The position numbers and the translations under genes are program-made. This document shows positions 7,962 through 16,661 of a stretch of 24,000 bases of DNA, in pieces. Position 1 is the first letter of the stretch. The number at the start of each line of letters is the position of its first letter. Source of the DNA: Bryobacterales bacterium (GTDB lineage Bacteria > Acidobacteriota > Terriglobia > Bryobacterales > UBA6623); NCBI GenBank assembly GCA_963667885.2, contig OY764148.2, positions 988,221 to 1,012,220 on the forward strand, written 5' to 3'. The notes beneath the pieces are model-generated. The model saw only the letters and a list, made by a program, of their open reading frames with translations. It ran no database searches and was not told where the DNA came from.

Positions 7962-9884
7962 TCAGCCCTTCTTGTCTTCGTCAACGTCGACGAACTCGGC
8001 GTCAACGACGTCTTCTTCTGGTTTGTCTCCGTTGCCCGCTTCGCCCTCTGCACCCGCTGCACCGTTGCCCTGGGCAGCGTCTGGCTGATCGCCAGATTTG
8101 TACATCGCCTCGGCGAGCTTGTGGCTCACCGTTTGCAGGTGACCGACGGCCTTGTTGATCGCCTCGACATCGTCTTCGGCCATCGCGGTCTTCGTCGCCG
8201 CGATCGCTTCTTCGATCTTCTTGGCGTCATCCTCGGAGACCTTGTCGCGGTTCTCGGCCAAAGTCTTCTCGGTGGAGTAAACCATCGAGTCGGCTTGGTT
8301 GCGCGCCTCGACAGCCTCCTTGCGTTTGTTGTCTTCGGCAGAGTGCGATTCGGCCTCTCGAGCCAACTTCTCGACCTCCTCGGAGGAGAGACCCGAGGAG
8401 CTCGTGATCGTAATCTTCTGCTCCTTATTGGTCGCCTTATCCTTCGCGGAAACATTGAGAATGCCGTTGGCGTCGATGTCGAAAGTCACATCGACTTGCG
8501 GCAGGCCACGTGGCGCTGGCGGTATACCAACGAGCTGGAAGACACCCAGCACGCGGTTATCAGCCGCCATCGACCGCTCGCCCTGGTTGACCTTGATCTC
8601 AACCGACGTCTGGTTGTCAGAAGCAGTGGAGAACGTCTCGGTCTTGCGCGTCGGAATGGTTGTGTTCCGCTCGATGAGCTTGGTAAACACGCCACCGAGA
8701 GTCTCGATGCCGAGTGAGAGCGGCGTTACGTCGAGCAACAGGACGTCCTTAACGTCACCGCCCAACACACCACCCTGGATGGCAGCACCCACCGCAACGA
8801 CTTCGTCCGGGTTCACGCCTTGATGAGGCTCCTTACCGAAGAACTCGGTGACCATCTTCTGGACCAAGGGAATACGCGTCGAACCACCAACAAGAACCAC
8901 CTCGTCGATCTCTTTCGGGCTGAGCCCGGCGTCTTCCAGTGCCTTCTTGCAGGGCTCCATCGTACGCTGGATCAGCGGCTTCATCATCTCTTCGAGACGC
9001 GCCCGGGTGAGTTTCATCTGGAGATGCTTCGGACCCTCCGCCGTCGCGGTGACGAAGGGCAAGTTGATTTCATGCTCCATCAGCGACGAGAGATCCATCT
9101 TGGCCTTTTCGGCCGCTTCGCGCAGGCGTTGCAGGGCCATCTTGTCCGCTGACAGGTCCACACCCTCGGCATTCTTGAACTCGGCGACCAGCCACTCGAT
9201 AATGACGTGGTCGATATTATCGCCGCCCAGGTGCGTGTCGCCGTTAGTGGACTTCACCTCCACCACGCCCTCACCGACCTCAAGAACAGAGACATCCAAC
9301 GTGCCACCGCCGAAATCGTAGACGACAATCGTCTCGTTGGACTTCTTGTCGAGGCCATAAGCAAGTGCGGCAGCCGTCGGCTCGTTGATGATCCGCTGGA
9401 CGTTCAGTCCGGCGATCTTGCCCGCGTCCGTGGTCGCCTGGCGCTGTGCGTCGTTGAAGTAAGCCGGGACCGTAATGACCGCGTCGTCGACCGTCTCGCC
9501 GAGAAAGGCCTCAGCGGCCTCCTTCAGCTTGCCCAGCACCATGGCTGAGATCTCTTGCGGTGTGTAGGTCTTACCGTTAGCATCAACCGTCACCATGCCG
9601 CCCTTCTCGGAGATCGAGTAAGAGACCAACCTGGTCTCCTCGCCTACCTCTTCGGAACGCCGCCCCATGAAGCGCTTGATCGAAGAAATCGTGTTCTCCG
9701 GGTTGGTCACCGCCTGCCGCTTGGCAGCCTGGCCGACGAGTCTTTCTCCGCCCTTCGCGAATGCCACGACGGATGGCGTCGTTCTTGCGCCTTCTTGGTT
9801 AGGGATGACCGTAGCTTGGCCCGCCTGCATAACGGCAACGACGGAGTTCGTCGTACCAAGGTCAATACCGATAATCTTACCCAC
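7962..9884 (-). CDS. dnaK: Hsp70 chaperone DnaK
   Basis: 640 aa. [17 protein letters not shown]-type and the other Hsp70 signatures are present. GTG start at 9884, with GAGGAGG (9890-9896) 5 nt upstream. Confidence 0.97.
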   Translation of the reverse strand: MGKIIGIDLGTTNSVVAVMQAGQATVIPNQEGARTTPSVVAFAKGGERLVGQAAKRQAVTNPENTISSIKRFMGRRSEEVGEETRLVSYSISEKGGMVTVDANGKTYTPQEISAMVLGKLKEAAEAFLGETVDDAVITVPAYFNDAQRQATTDAGKIAGLNVQRIINEPTAAALAYGLDKKSNETIVVYDFGGGTLDVSVLEVGEGVVEVKSTNGDTHLGGDNIDHVIIEWLVAEFKNAEGVDLSADKMALQRLREAAEKAKMDLSSLMEHEINLPFVTATAEGPKHLQMKLTRARLEEMMKPLIQRTMEPCKKALEDAGLSPKEIDEVVLVGGSTRIPLVQKMVTEFFGKEPHQGVNPDEVVAVGAAIQGGVLGGDVKDVLLLDVTPLSLGIETLGGVFTKLIERNTTIPTRKTETFSTASDNQTSVEIKVNQGERSMAADNRVLGVFQLVGIPPAPRGLPQVDVTFDIDANGILNVSAKDKATNKEQKITITSSSGLSSEEVEKLAREAESHSAEDNKRKEAVEARNQADSMVYSTEKTLAENRDKVSEDDAKKIEEAIAATKTAMAEDDVEAINKAVGHLQTVSHKLAEAMYKSGDQPDAAQGNGAAGAEGEAGNGDKPEEDVVDAEFVDVDEDKKG

Positions 9885-9952
9885 TGCTTCCTCCTCGCGA
9901 GCTGCAGACGCGATACGCGCCCGGCTCAGGCTTACTACTTTAGCCTACACCA

Positions 9953-9981
9953 ATTATCAAATCTTAGTGCCTTACTGTCAA
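9953..9981 (-). promoter_or_regulatory. Sigma70-type promoter of dnaK-dnaJ-hspR
   Basis: Minus strand reads TTGACA (9981-9976), a 17-nt spacer, then GATAAT (9958-9953), about 65 nt upstream of the dnaK GTG. A weak HAIR-like CTTGACA-N7-ACTAAG overlaps the -35 and spacer. Confidence 0.6.
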
Positions 9982-10067
9982 GTGTTTGATGCTTGGAGTC
10001 CGCTAAAAGTTGCAAGATTACGTCCGATCGTGGCATGAGCCATCGCTCACTGAGCAGCCAAAGGCCT

Positions 10068-10073
10068 TATAAT
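10068..10073 (+). promoter_or_regulatory. Possible -10 box for modB (very short leader)
   Basis: Perfect TATAAT ending 11 nt before ATG 10085. The -35 at 17-nt spacing is poor (GCTCAC). If this box is used, the modB mRNA would be nearly leaderless. Confidence 0.3.
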
Positions 10074-10084
10074 CAGACTCTTAG

Positions 10085-10765
10085 ATGTTTCCCGACCTCC
10101 CTAGCATCGACTGGAGTCCGCTTTGGCTGAGCCTCCGCGTGGCCTCGATTGCTACGGTACTATCACTCGCGATTGGCCTGACTGCTGGCTGGGCCCTTAC
10201 CAGGTGGCAATTCCGAGGCAAGAATCTCGCCGAGGCGCTGATTACGGCGCCAATCGTGCTGCCGCCGACCGTGCTGGGCTACTACCTGCTCGTGGTACTG
10301 GGCCGTTCCAGCCCTCTCGGAGAGGCGTACGAGACTATCTTTGGTGGACCGTTGGTGTTTACCTGGCAAGCAGCCGTGGTGGCAGCTTCCCTGCATGCCA
10401 TCCCGCTGCTGATTCGCTCCGCGCGCGCCGCGTTTGAAGGGGTCAACCGCAACCTAGAGAACGCCGCTCGCAGCCTGGGCGCCAGCGAGTGGCGCGTCTT
10501 TTGGCGGGTGACGCTACCCTTGTCGAAAGGACCCGTCGTCGCTGCTGCCGTCTTCGCCTTTGCCCGTGCGCTGGGCGATTTTGGCGTCACGATCATGATC
10601 GCTGGCAATATTCCCGGAAAGACGCAGACGATGTCGGTCGCGATTTACGATGCCGTCCAATCAGGACAATCGCAACTCGCCACAGCGCTCGTTCTCGTCA
10701 TGTCCGCTCTCGCGATCACCGTGCTCTACGCCATCGGTCGAGCTGGAGGAGGCCGCATCCTGTGA
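10085..10765 (+). CDS. modB: Molybdate-type ABC transporter permease
   Basis: 226 aa. Multi-pass membrane protein with the ModB/CysT-type EAA loop region (NLENAARSLGASEWRVFWRVTLPL) and GDFGVTIMIAGNIPGKTQT. Confidence 0.85.
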   Translation: MFPDLPSIDWSPLWLSLRVASIATVLSLAIGLTAGWALTRWQFRGKNLAEALITAPIVLPPTVLGYYLLVVLGRSSPLGEAYETIFGGPLVFTWQAAVVAASLHAIPLLIRSARAAFEGVNRNLENAARSLGASEWRVFWRVTLPLSKGPVVAAAVFAFARALGDFGVTIMIAGNIPGKTQTMSVAIYDAVQSGQSQLATALVLVMSALAITVLYAIGRAGGGRIL

Positions 10766-11505
10766 CGAAATCACTCCATGCGAAGATCGAGAAGCGCTTC
10801 GCTGGCAGTCCGGGGTCGAAGCCGTTCGAACTCGACATTGAGTTCGTCGCCGCGGACGGCATCACCGTGCTGTTTGGCCCCAGCGGATCTGGCAAGACGC
10901 TCACGCTCGAGGCGTTGGCTGGTTTCTCTAAGCCCGACGCTGGTCAGATTCGATTCGGCGACCGCACACTCTTCGATTCCCAGACACGAGCCGATGTCCC
11001 CGCCCGCGACAGACGCTGCGGCTACCTCTTCCAACAAGACGCACTCTTCCCCCACATGACAGTACGCGAGAATGTCGCCTTCGGCGCGAACGCGGATGAA
11101 CGTCGCGTCGACGAGTTGCTTGCTGAGTTTCGCATCGAAGGGCTGGCCGCCCGGCGGCCGAGTGAGATTTCGGGCGGCGAGCGTCAACGTTGTGCCATCG
11201 CACGCACGCTTGCTGGCAATCCCGAGTTCCTGCTCATGGACGAACCCGCGCAAGGTCTCGACATCGTTCTACGGCGGGAGTTGCATGATGTCTTTAGGCG
11301 TATCCGCGATCAATTTGGTCTGCCGATGTTGCTCGTCACGCACGACATCTCCGAGGCTCTATCACTTGGCGATTCGCTGATGTTGTACTCGCACGGCAAG
11401 ATCGTGCAACACGGTCCAGCGCGGCAGACGTTTGAAAACCCGAATTCCACCGCGGCCGCAAGGTTGATGGGCGTCGAAAGCGTGTCGGCTGGCGACGACG
11501 ACTGA
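10762..11505 (+). CDS. modC: Molybdate-type ABC transporter ATP-binding protein (no C-terminal TOBE/Mop domain)
   Basis: GTG 10762 overlaps the modB stop (GTGA). Walker A GPSGSGKT, Q-loop LFQQDALFPH, signature ISGGERQR, Walker B FLLMDEP, H-loop LVTHD. The track ORF start at 10489 is a spurious upstream extension. Confidence 0.8.
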   Translation: MTKSLHAKIEKRFAGSPGSKPFELDIEFVAADGITVLFGPSGSGKTLTLEALAGFSKPDAGQIRFGDRTLFDSQTRADVPARDRRCGYLFQQDALFPHMTVRENVAFGANADERRVDELLAEFRIEGLAARRPSEISGGERQRCAIARTLAGNPEFLLMDEPAQGLDIVLRRELHDVFRRIRDQFGLPMLLVTHDISEALSLGDSLMLYSHGKIVQHGPARQTFENPNSTAAARLMGVESVSAGDDD

Positions 11506-11508
11506 CCC

Positions 11509-12123
11509 GTGCTGCTCTACTACATCACCGACCGCCACTCTCTCAATCGCGACCTGCTCGATGCGGTCGCCGAGGCGCTGATGGCCGGAGTGGATTTGAT
11601 CCAGATCCGCGAGAAGGACCTTTCACCTCGTGAGTTGTTTGTGCTCTCCCGGCGAGTAAAGGAACTCCCGAACCCCGTTGGCTCGCGCATCCTCCTCAAC
11701 GAGCGCTTAGACATCGCCTTGGCCGCGGGGTTAGACGGCGTCCATCTTCCCGCCTCCCACCTGCCGATTCGTGAGCTGCGCATCGCCGCCGGTCGGTCGA
11801 TCACCGTCGGCGTCTCGTGCCACTCCGAAGCAGAGGTTCGAGCCGCAAACGACGAGGAGGTGGATCTGATCGCCTTCTCACCCGTATTCGCCCCCCTCTC
11901 CAAGAGCAGCCAATTCCAACCCCACGGGCTAGTAGTTTTAGAGTCGATCTGCGCCACGTCTTCGACGCCGGTCTTCGCTCTGGGAGGAGTAACTGCAAAT
12001 CGCATCCACGACTGTCTTGAAGCAGGCGCCGCTGGCGTGGCTGGAATCTCCCTATTCCAGTCTTCGCGCGAGCTGACAACACTCGTCTCCAACCTAAGAG
12101 ACAAGCCCTTATCCTCCCCATAA
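11509..12123 (+). CDS. thiE: Thiamine-phosphate synthase (ThiE/TenI family)
   Basis: 204 aa with a GTG start 3 nt after the modC stop. LYYITDR...DLIQIREKDL...LNERLDIALAAGLDGVHL...FALGGV...GVAGISLF follows the ThiE TIM-barrel pattern. Confidence 0.75.
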   Translation: MLLYYITDRHSLNRDLLDAVAEALMAGVDLIQIREKDLSPRELFVLSRRVKELPNPVGSRILLNERLDIALAAGLDGVHLPASHLPIRELRIAAGRSITVGVSCHSEAEVRAANDEEVDLIAFSPVFAPLSKSSQFQPHGLVVLESICATSSTPVFALGGVTANRIHDCLEAGAAGVAGISLFQSSRELTTLVSNLRDKPLSSP

Positions 12124-12469
12124 AAATTATCTTCTTGCTGGCATCGAGAGGGTTTCGTAGAGTGGGTGCAAGAGGTCGCTGTGATCGACCTGGGGCCTGT
12201 TAAATAATCAGTTGGCGGTTGCGAGGGCAGCGCCAATAACAGTCTCGCTGTTCACATCATGATCGCCACTGGAGATCGCTCTCCAGGTGGCAAAAACGAT
12301 GCGTGACCTTCGTACAGGATAGCTGTGTTCGGAACCAAGAACGTGAATAGCGGAGCAATAGGCGGGCCTACAGCGAGCGGTCACAGGAAGCGGAATAGTC
12401 GGGGCGGGCTGTTCCATCTATCGACACGATATTTCAGTTAGAAGGCACTGTTTAGGAGATTGAAGAAAG

Positions 12470-13186
12470 ATGAAATCATTGCGAAAACTAATTCTGGGAA
12501 TCGTCGCCCTGGCCGCTTTCAGCTCGGCTAACGTCTTCGCCCAAGACGAAGTCAGCGTGTCGTTTGACTCCGGATTCGTCAACCAATACGTTTGGCGTGG
12601 GTTCGAGCTCAACGGCTCGGCCTCCTGGGAGCCCGGTGTGACCGTGGGTTACGGCGGCCTTTCCTTCTCTTCCTGGAACAACTTCTCTACCGTTGCCGGG
12701 AACAGCGGATCCTGGACCGAGCATGACTTCGCTGTGGACTACACCACTGACATCAGCGACAGCGGCTTCTCGGTTTCCGTTGGTTGGATCAACTACGCAT
12801 TCCCCAACCTCCCGAGGGGCGAAGATCGGTACACGAACGAACTCTACGTGGGTATAGGACACGACGACATCTTGGCACCGTCCTTCACGGTCTACGGCGA
12901 TGTCCACGCAGGAAAAGGGCTTTACTATCTGTTCGGAATCGCCCCATCAGTCGAGATCGCCAACGGAATTACTTTTGATCCCATCCTTAATGTTGGTATC
13001 AACCAGAACTTGTTTCGGGAAGGCACCGGTGTCAGCGACATCAATGTCGGCGCTGGCCTCACTTTCCCCTACAAGAATTTGACCTTCGCACCGTTCGGCA
13101 TGATGGTGATGTCACCGGGTGCCTTCGGCGACGAGTTCGGAAAATACAAGCCCGTCTACGGTGCCGTCGCTTCCTTCTCGTACTAA
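12470..13186 (+). CDS. Outer-membrane beta-barrel protein, Gcw_chp (TIGR02001)-like
   Basis: Signal peptide MKSLRKLILGIVALAAFSSANVFAQ. Alternating amphipathic beta-strand pattern (FVNQYVWRGFEL...GVTVGY...FAVDYT...VSVGWINYAF). Aromatic C-terminus ...SFSY. Confidence 0.7.
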   Translation: MKSLRKLILGIVALAAFSSANVFAQDEVSVSFDSGFVNQYVWRGFELNGSASWEPGVTVGYGGLSFSSWNNFSTVAGNSGSWTEHDFAVDYTTDISDSGFSVSVGWINYAFPNLPRGEDRYTNELYVGIGHDDILAPSFTVYGDVHAGKGLYYLFGIAPSVEIANGITFDPILNVGINQNLFREGTGVSDINVGAGLTFPYKNLTFAPFGMMVMSPGAFGDEFGKYKPVYGAVASFSY

Positions 13187-13223
13187 CCAACAACGTAGCC
13201 GTCGCAAATATTGCGACCAACCG

Positions 13224-13262
13224 AAGCGCCGCGACCCACGAAGTCGCGGCGCTTTTCTCTTG
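13224..13262 (+). terminator. Rho-independent terminator after the OMP gene
   Basis: 12-bp GC-rich stem AAGCGCCGCGAC (13224-13235) / GTCGCGGCGCTT (13243-13254) with loop CCACGAA, running into TTTTCTCTT. It is preceded by a second palindrome, GTCGCAAATATTGCGAC (13201-13217). Confidence 0.8.
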
Positions 13263-13409
13263 CCCCGCTAAACCCTTCCCGCTCCCCCACAAACAATCGA
13301 CCCGCCGCGTCCCACCTCAACACTCGCACCCTGCGACGGCATAACAAGCTCCACGCAAGCGGACCGCCAAGCACACAAGCCCGCGTTAGCGCGCTACAAT
13401 CCCACCATC

Positions 13410-16139
13410 GTGGTCATTGGCTCCTCCATCAGCCATTACCTCATCGTCGAGAAGCTCGGCGAGGGTGGCATGGGTGTCGTCTACAAAGCCGAAGACACCC
13501 AGCTCCGCCGAACCGTTGCGTTGAAGTTCCTCCCTCGCGAAACACTCGACGAGGAAGAGGTCAAAGCCCGTCTGATTCGTGAGGCGCAAGCCGCTGCCGC
13601 CCTCGATCACCCCAACATCTGTCACGTCTACGGCATCCACGAAGAAGACGGCGAAACCTTCATCGCCATGGCCTACATCGCTGGGCCGTCGCTGGCGGAC
13701 AAGATCAAGGAGCGCCCGCTGCCGCTGGAGGAAGCCCTCTCGATCGCCGCCCAGATCGGCGAGGGACTGCACGAAGCCCATGAGCACGGAGTCGTTCATC
13801 GGGACATCAAGCCACAGAACATCCTGCTGACCGCCAAAGGTCAGGTGAAGATTCTGGACTTCGGGCTGGCGGCGCTAACGGGGCGCTCGAAGCTGACCAA
13901 GACCGGCACCACGATGGGCACGCCCGCCTACATGGCGCCGGAGCAACTCGAAGGGAGAAACGTCGATCGTAGGGCGGATGTCTGGGCACTGGGCTGCGTG
14001 TTGTACGAGATGCTCACGCAACGCACGCCGTTTGAGGCGGATTATGAACAGGCAATTGGCTACGGCATTCTCAACGAGGATCCCGAGCCGGTAACGGCGC
14101 AACGCGCCGGTCTATCGCCGGAGATCGATCGGCTATTGAGCAAGGCCCTAGCGAAGGATCGAGACGAGCGCTACCAACACGCCGACGAACTGTTGGCGGA
14201 CCTGGGAGTGCTTCAGAAACAGACTGGGGCTCGGAAGGCGTCGTCGGGCCGCTCGACGATCTTGCGGACGACGCAGATGACCAGTGCGGTCCCGGCGACG
14301 ATGACGGCAGGTCAGACGGTGACCCATGCGGAAGCGCTGCCGCCTGACGCCGTGATCGTGCAACGAAGCAGCCAGCGAGCGCTACAAGCTTTGGCTGCAG
14401 TGCTCGGCATCGCCTTCCTCGGCCTACTGGTGTTCAACTTCACCCAGGCCCCGCCCGAGATACCGCTGCGGCGCTTCTCATTCGCGCCAGACGGATTCAC
14501 CCAAGACACTTCGCGCATCTCTCCAGACGGCAAGTTCATTCTCTTCCGGGCCAGGACCGGTGACCAAAATAGCCTCTGGCTGCGATCGCTTGAGAACGAG
14601 TCCGCCCGCGAATTGGCAGGCACGGCAGGAGTGCTCCGTGGGGGCTTCTGGTCTCCAGACAGCCTGTCGATCGGATTTGGAACTGGCGCCGAATTGAAGA
14701 GAGTCTCGATCAATGGCGGAGACCCGATCACGCTCTGTGAGTTGCCGGCTGGCGGCCAGCGCGCTTTTGTGGGGGGAACCTGGAGCCCCGACGGCGAGCG
14801 CATCGTGTTTTCCTCTGGTCTGCGCCTGTATGAGATCCCTTCCCGCGGCGGTGAGCCCGAGCTGCTGTTTGATGTCAGCGACGGCCCTCGGCCCTACTCT
14901 CTCCGCCCCCATTTCTTGCCCACCGACGGCGGGTCTCACGGCCTTGCGTATGTAGCGGCAGTGAGCGGGGCTGATCAAATGCTCGCGGTCATGGATCTCG
15001 AGACCGGCGAGCGCCGCGAGTTGGGACCAGGCAGTGCGCCCTTCTACTCGTCTGACGGTTACTTGACCCATGGGCTCGCGAACGCCCAGGACGAAGGATT
15101 GCGGGCCTTGCCCTTTTCTCTCGATACGTTGGTGGCGACCGGCCAGTCGTTTCCCATTGATGAAACTGGCAGGGTTGCCAGTGTCTCAGGAGACGGAACG
15201 CTGGTGTACACCGATCGTCCAGCAGCCAGCAGCAGCCAGACTGTCTGGCGAGCCCGTACCGGCGTGGTGTTAGAGGCCGTCGGCCAACCGCAGCCGAACA
15301 TCGGGGCTCCCTCGCTCTCGCCCGACGGCCAACGGGTCGCCGTGAGGTCGGACGAGAGCGGGAACGCTGACATCTGGGTCCACGATTTGACCCGCTCCAC
15401 CAAGACGCGGTTGACGTTTGAAGACCAAAACGAGGTCCGTCCGGCATGGTCGCCCTCGGGCCGGGAGATCGTCTACCAATACATAGGGCCGCCGCACCGC
15501 CTGATGCGCCGAGCCGCCGACGGCACGGGCGAGGCCGTTGTGCTATTGGAGGCCGGCTTTACCCTGGTCAGACCCGAATGGTCGCGCGACGGGCGCTATC
15601 TGGTCTATGACGAATTCAATCCGGCGGCGGGGTCACGGAACGATATCCGTTATATCGAGTTGGGGACCGATGGCGAAGCCGGCGAACCCGTCATGTTTCT
15701 CGGCTCGCCCGCCGACGAGCAGATGGCGAAGCTCTCGCCCGACGGTCGGTTTCTGGCTTATGAGTCCAACGAGTCGGATCGCTATGAGATCTATGTGCGT
15801 TCGTTCCCCGGCGGCGACGGCAAGAGGCAAGTGTCAGCAAACGGCGGACAGCAGGCGCGCTGGCGCAGCGACGGCAGAGAGTTGTACTACGTCGAGGGCG
15901 ACACGCTGATGGCGGTCTCGGTCTCGACCGAATCGGCTTTCACTCTGGGGCAGCCGCAACAGTTGTTTGAGGCTCCTGGCTTAGCCTTAACGGCAACCGG
16001 CGCCAGTGGGGGCTACGACGTCTCGGCCGACGGTGAACGATTTCTGACGGTGGCGCCCGCCGAGGGTGCCGAAGCCGCGTCCACCACGATCCGCATCGTC
16101 CAGAACTGGCACGAAGAGTTCCGCGACCGCAACCAGTAG
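13410..16139 (+). CDS. Membrane Ser/Thr protein kinase with periplasmic TolB-like (PD40/WD40) beta-propeller
   Basis: 909 aa. Hanks kinase motifs GEGGMGVVYKA, VALK, HRDIKPQNILL, DFGLA, YMAPE. One TM segment (ALAAVLGIAFLGLLVFNF). Repeated SPDG-type PD40 blades in the C-terminal 550 aa. GTG start at 13410. Confidence 0.9.
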   Translation: MVIGSSISHYLIVEKLGEGGMGVVYKAEDTQLRRTVALKFLPRETLDEEEVKARLIREAQAAAALDHPNICHVYGIHEEDGETFIAMAYIAGPSLADKIKERPLPLEEALSIAAQIGEGLHEAHEHGVVHRDIKPQNILLTAKGQVKILDFGLAALTGRSKLTKTGTTMGTPAYMAPEQLEGRNVDRRADVWALGCVLYEMLTQRTPFEADYEQAIGYGILNEDPEPVTAQRAGLSPEIDRLLSKALAKDRDERYQHADELLADLGVLQKQTGARKASSGRSTILRTTQMTSAVPATMTAGQTVTHAEALPPDAVIVQRSSQRALQALAAVLGIAFLGLLVFNFTQAPPEIPLRRFSFAPDGFTQDTSRISPDGKFILFRARTGDQNSLWLRSLENESARELAGTAGVLRGGFWSPDSLSIGFGTGAELKRVSINGGDPITLCELPAGGQRAFVGGTWSPDGERIVFSSGLRLYEIPSRGGEPELLFDVSDGPRPYSLRPHFLPTDGGSHGLAYVAAVSGADQMLAVMDLETGERRELGPGSAPFYSSDGYLTHGLANAQDEGLRALPFSLDTLVATGQSFPIDETGRVASVSGDGTLVYTDRPAASSSQTVWRARTGVVLEAVGQPQPNIGAPSLSPDGQRVAVRSDESGNADIWVHDLTRSTKTRLTFEDQNEVRPAWSPSGREIVYQYIGPPHRLMRRAADGTGEAVVLLEAGFTLVRPEWSRDGRYLVYDEFNPAAGSRNDIRYIELGTDGEAGEPVMFLGSPADEQMAKLSPDGRFLAYESNESDRYEIYVRSFPGGDGKRQVSANGGQQARWRSDGRELYYVEGDTLMAVSVSTESAFTLGQPQQLFEAPGLALTATGASGGYDVSADGERFLTVAPAEGAEAASTTIRIVQNWHEEFRDRNQ

Positions 16140-16661
16140 CGCCAGGCAACGGTCACCCTTGACCGTCCACGAGCCACTCACAACCGTCCGCCAATCCGAG
16201 CCGCGAACGCAAGAGAGCGGCCTCTTCCCGCAGTGTGACGGTCGAAAAAATAAACTTGCACAAACAAAACAAAGGACTTCCGTCCACATGCCCTCCAAAA
16301 CACCCCAAAAAAGCTTGCACCCATATGCCACCCTCAAATCAGAAGCACGCTAGATTTTTGTGAGGTTAGCTAGCGTCTCCAGTCGACTGGAAACAAACCT
16401 TCGGTGAGTTGGCCTACCAAAATGCCAACACCGTAACGAGGGAGCAGTTCCTCAGGGCCGGCCCAATACTTCGGTGCTTCCCCGCTTAGTTGGGATTCAC
16501 AATCCGTTCGTTCGGCGTCGTCTGTTGCAACAGATGGTGTCGGGCGGCGGTCTTACTTCCAAACTTGCTCCACACGTGGGAGCAGTGCGTCTTACCCCCG
16601 AAAGGGAACAAGCCCGCGCTAGCGGCCGCGAAGCGGCCAAGCCCCCACGCTAGTGGGCGCG

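Noticed and set aside
8121-9989. Several 100-200-aa ORFs antisense to or out of frame with dnaK (for example 8121-8717, 8299-8823, 8848-9321, 9555-9989).
   Set aside because: They are shadow ORFs typical of high-GC DNA, with Arg/Pro/Ser-rich low-complexity translations. The region is fully explained by the highly conserved dnaK frame.
9885-10084. CIRCE (HrcA) operator upstream of dnaK.
   Set aside because: No TTAGCACTC-N9-GAGTGCTAA-like repeat is present. The TTAGTGCC at 9964-9971 has no inverted partner.
10489-10761. Upstream 91 codons of track ORF 10489-11505 as part of modC.
   Set aside because: The stretch overlaps modB in another frame and translates to Arg-rich nonsense. The ABC ATPase homology begins right after GTG 10762, which overlaps the modB stop.
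12160-12230. TPP (THI-box) riboswitch-like fragments downstream of thiE (GGGTGC...GCTGTGA...CCTG-UUAAAUAAU-CAG...GCGAGGG).
   Set aside because: The invariant CUGAGA is mutated and the P4/P5 pyrophosphate-sensing helix is not reproduced. There is an unexplained insertion, and the element would sit about 240 nt from the next start codon. The resemblance is probably chance, and cmscan would settle it.
11520-12236. 238-aa minus-strand ORF opposite thiE.
   Set aside because: It is antisense to a frame with clear ThiE motifs. Its translation is Ser/Arg/Thr-rich and has no recognisable domain.
12208-12417. 69-aa minus-strand ORF in the thiE-OMP spacer.
   Set aside because: It has no RBS and no recognisable family, and its composition is atypical. 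The stretch is better treated as non-coding pending transcript data.
13211-13582. 123-aa ORF spanning the OMP terminator and the kinase 5' end.
   Set aside because: It runs through a strong terminator hairpin and overlaps the kinase P-loop region out of frame. Its translation is Pro/Arg-rich.
14148-15497. Antisense and alternative-frame ORFs inside the kinase gene (14312-14803, 14478-15071, 14989-15447, 15059-15403 and others).
   Set aside because: Same reasoning: no recognisable motifs and biased composition, and the kinase/PD40 frame accounts for the sequence.
16314-16331. Sigma54-like TGGCAT-N-TGCA on the minus strand.
   Set aside because: The GG-to-GC spacing is one nucleotide short of the consensus, and it would fire antisense into the 3' end of the kinase gene with no downstream ORF.
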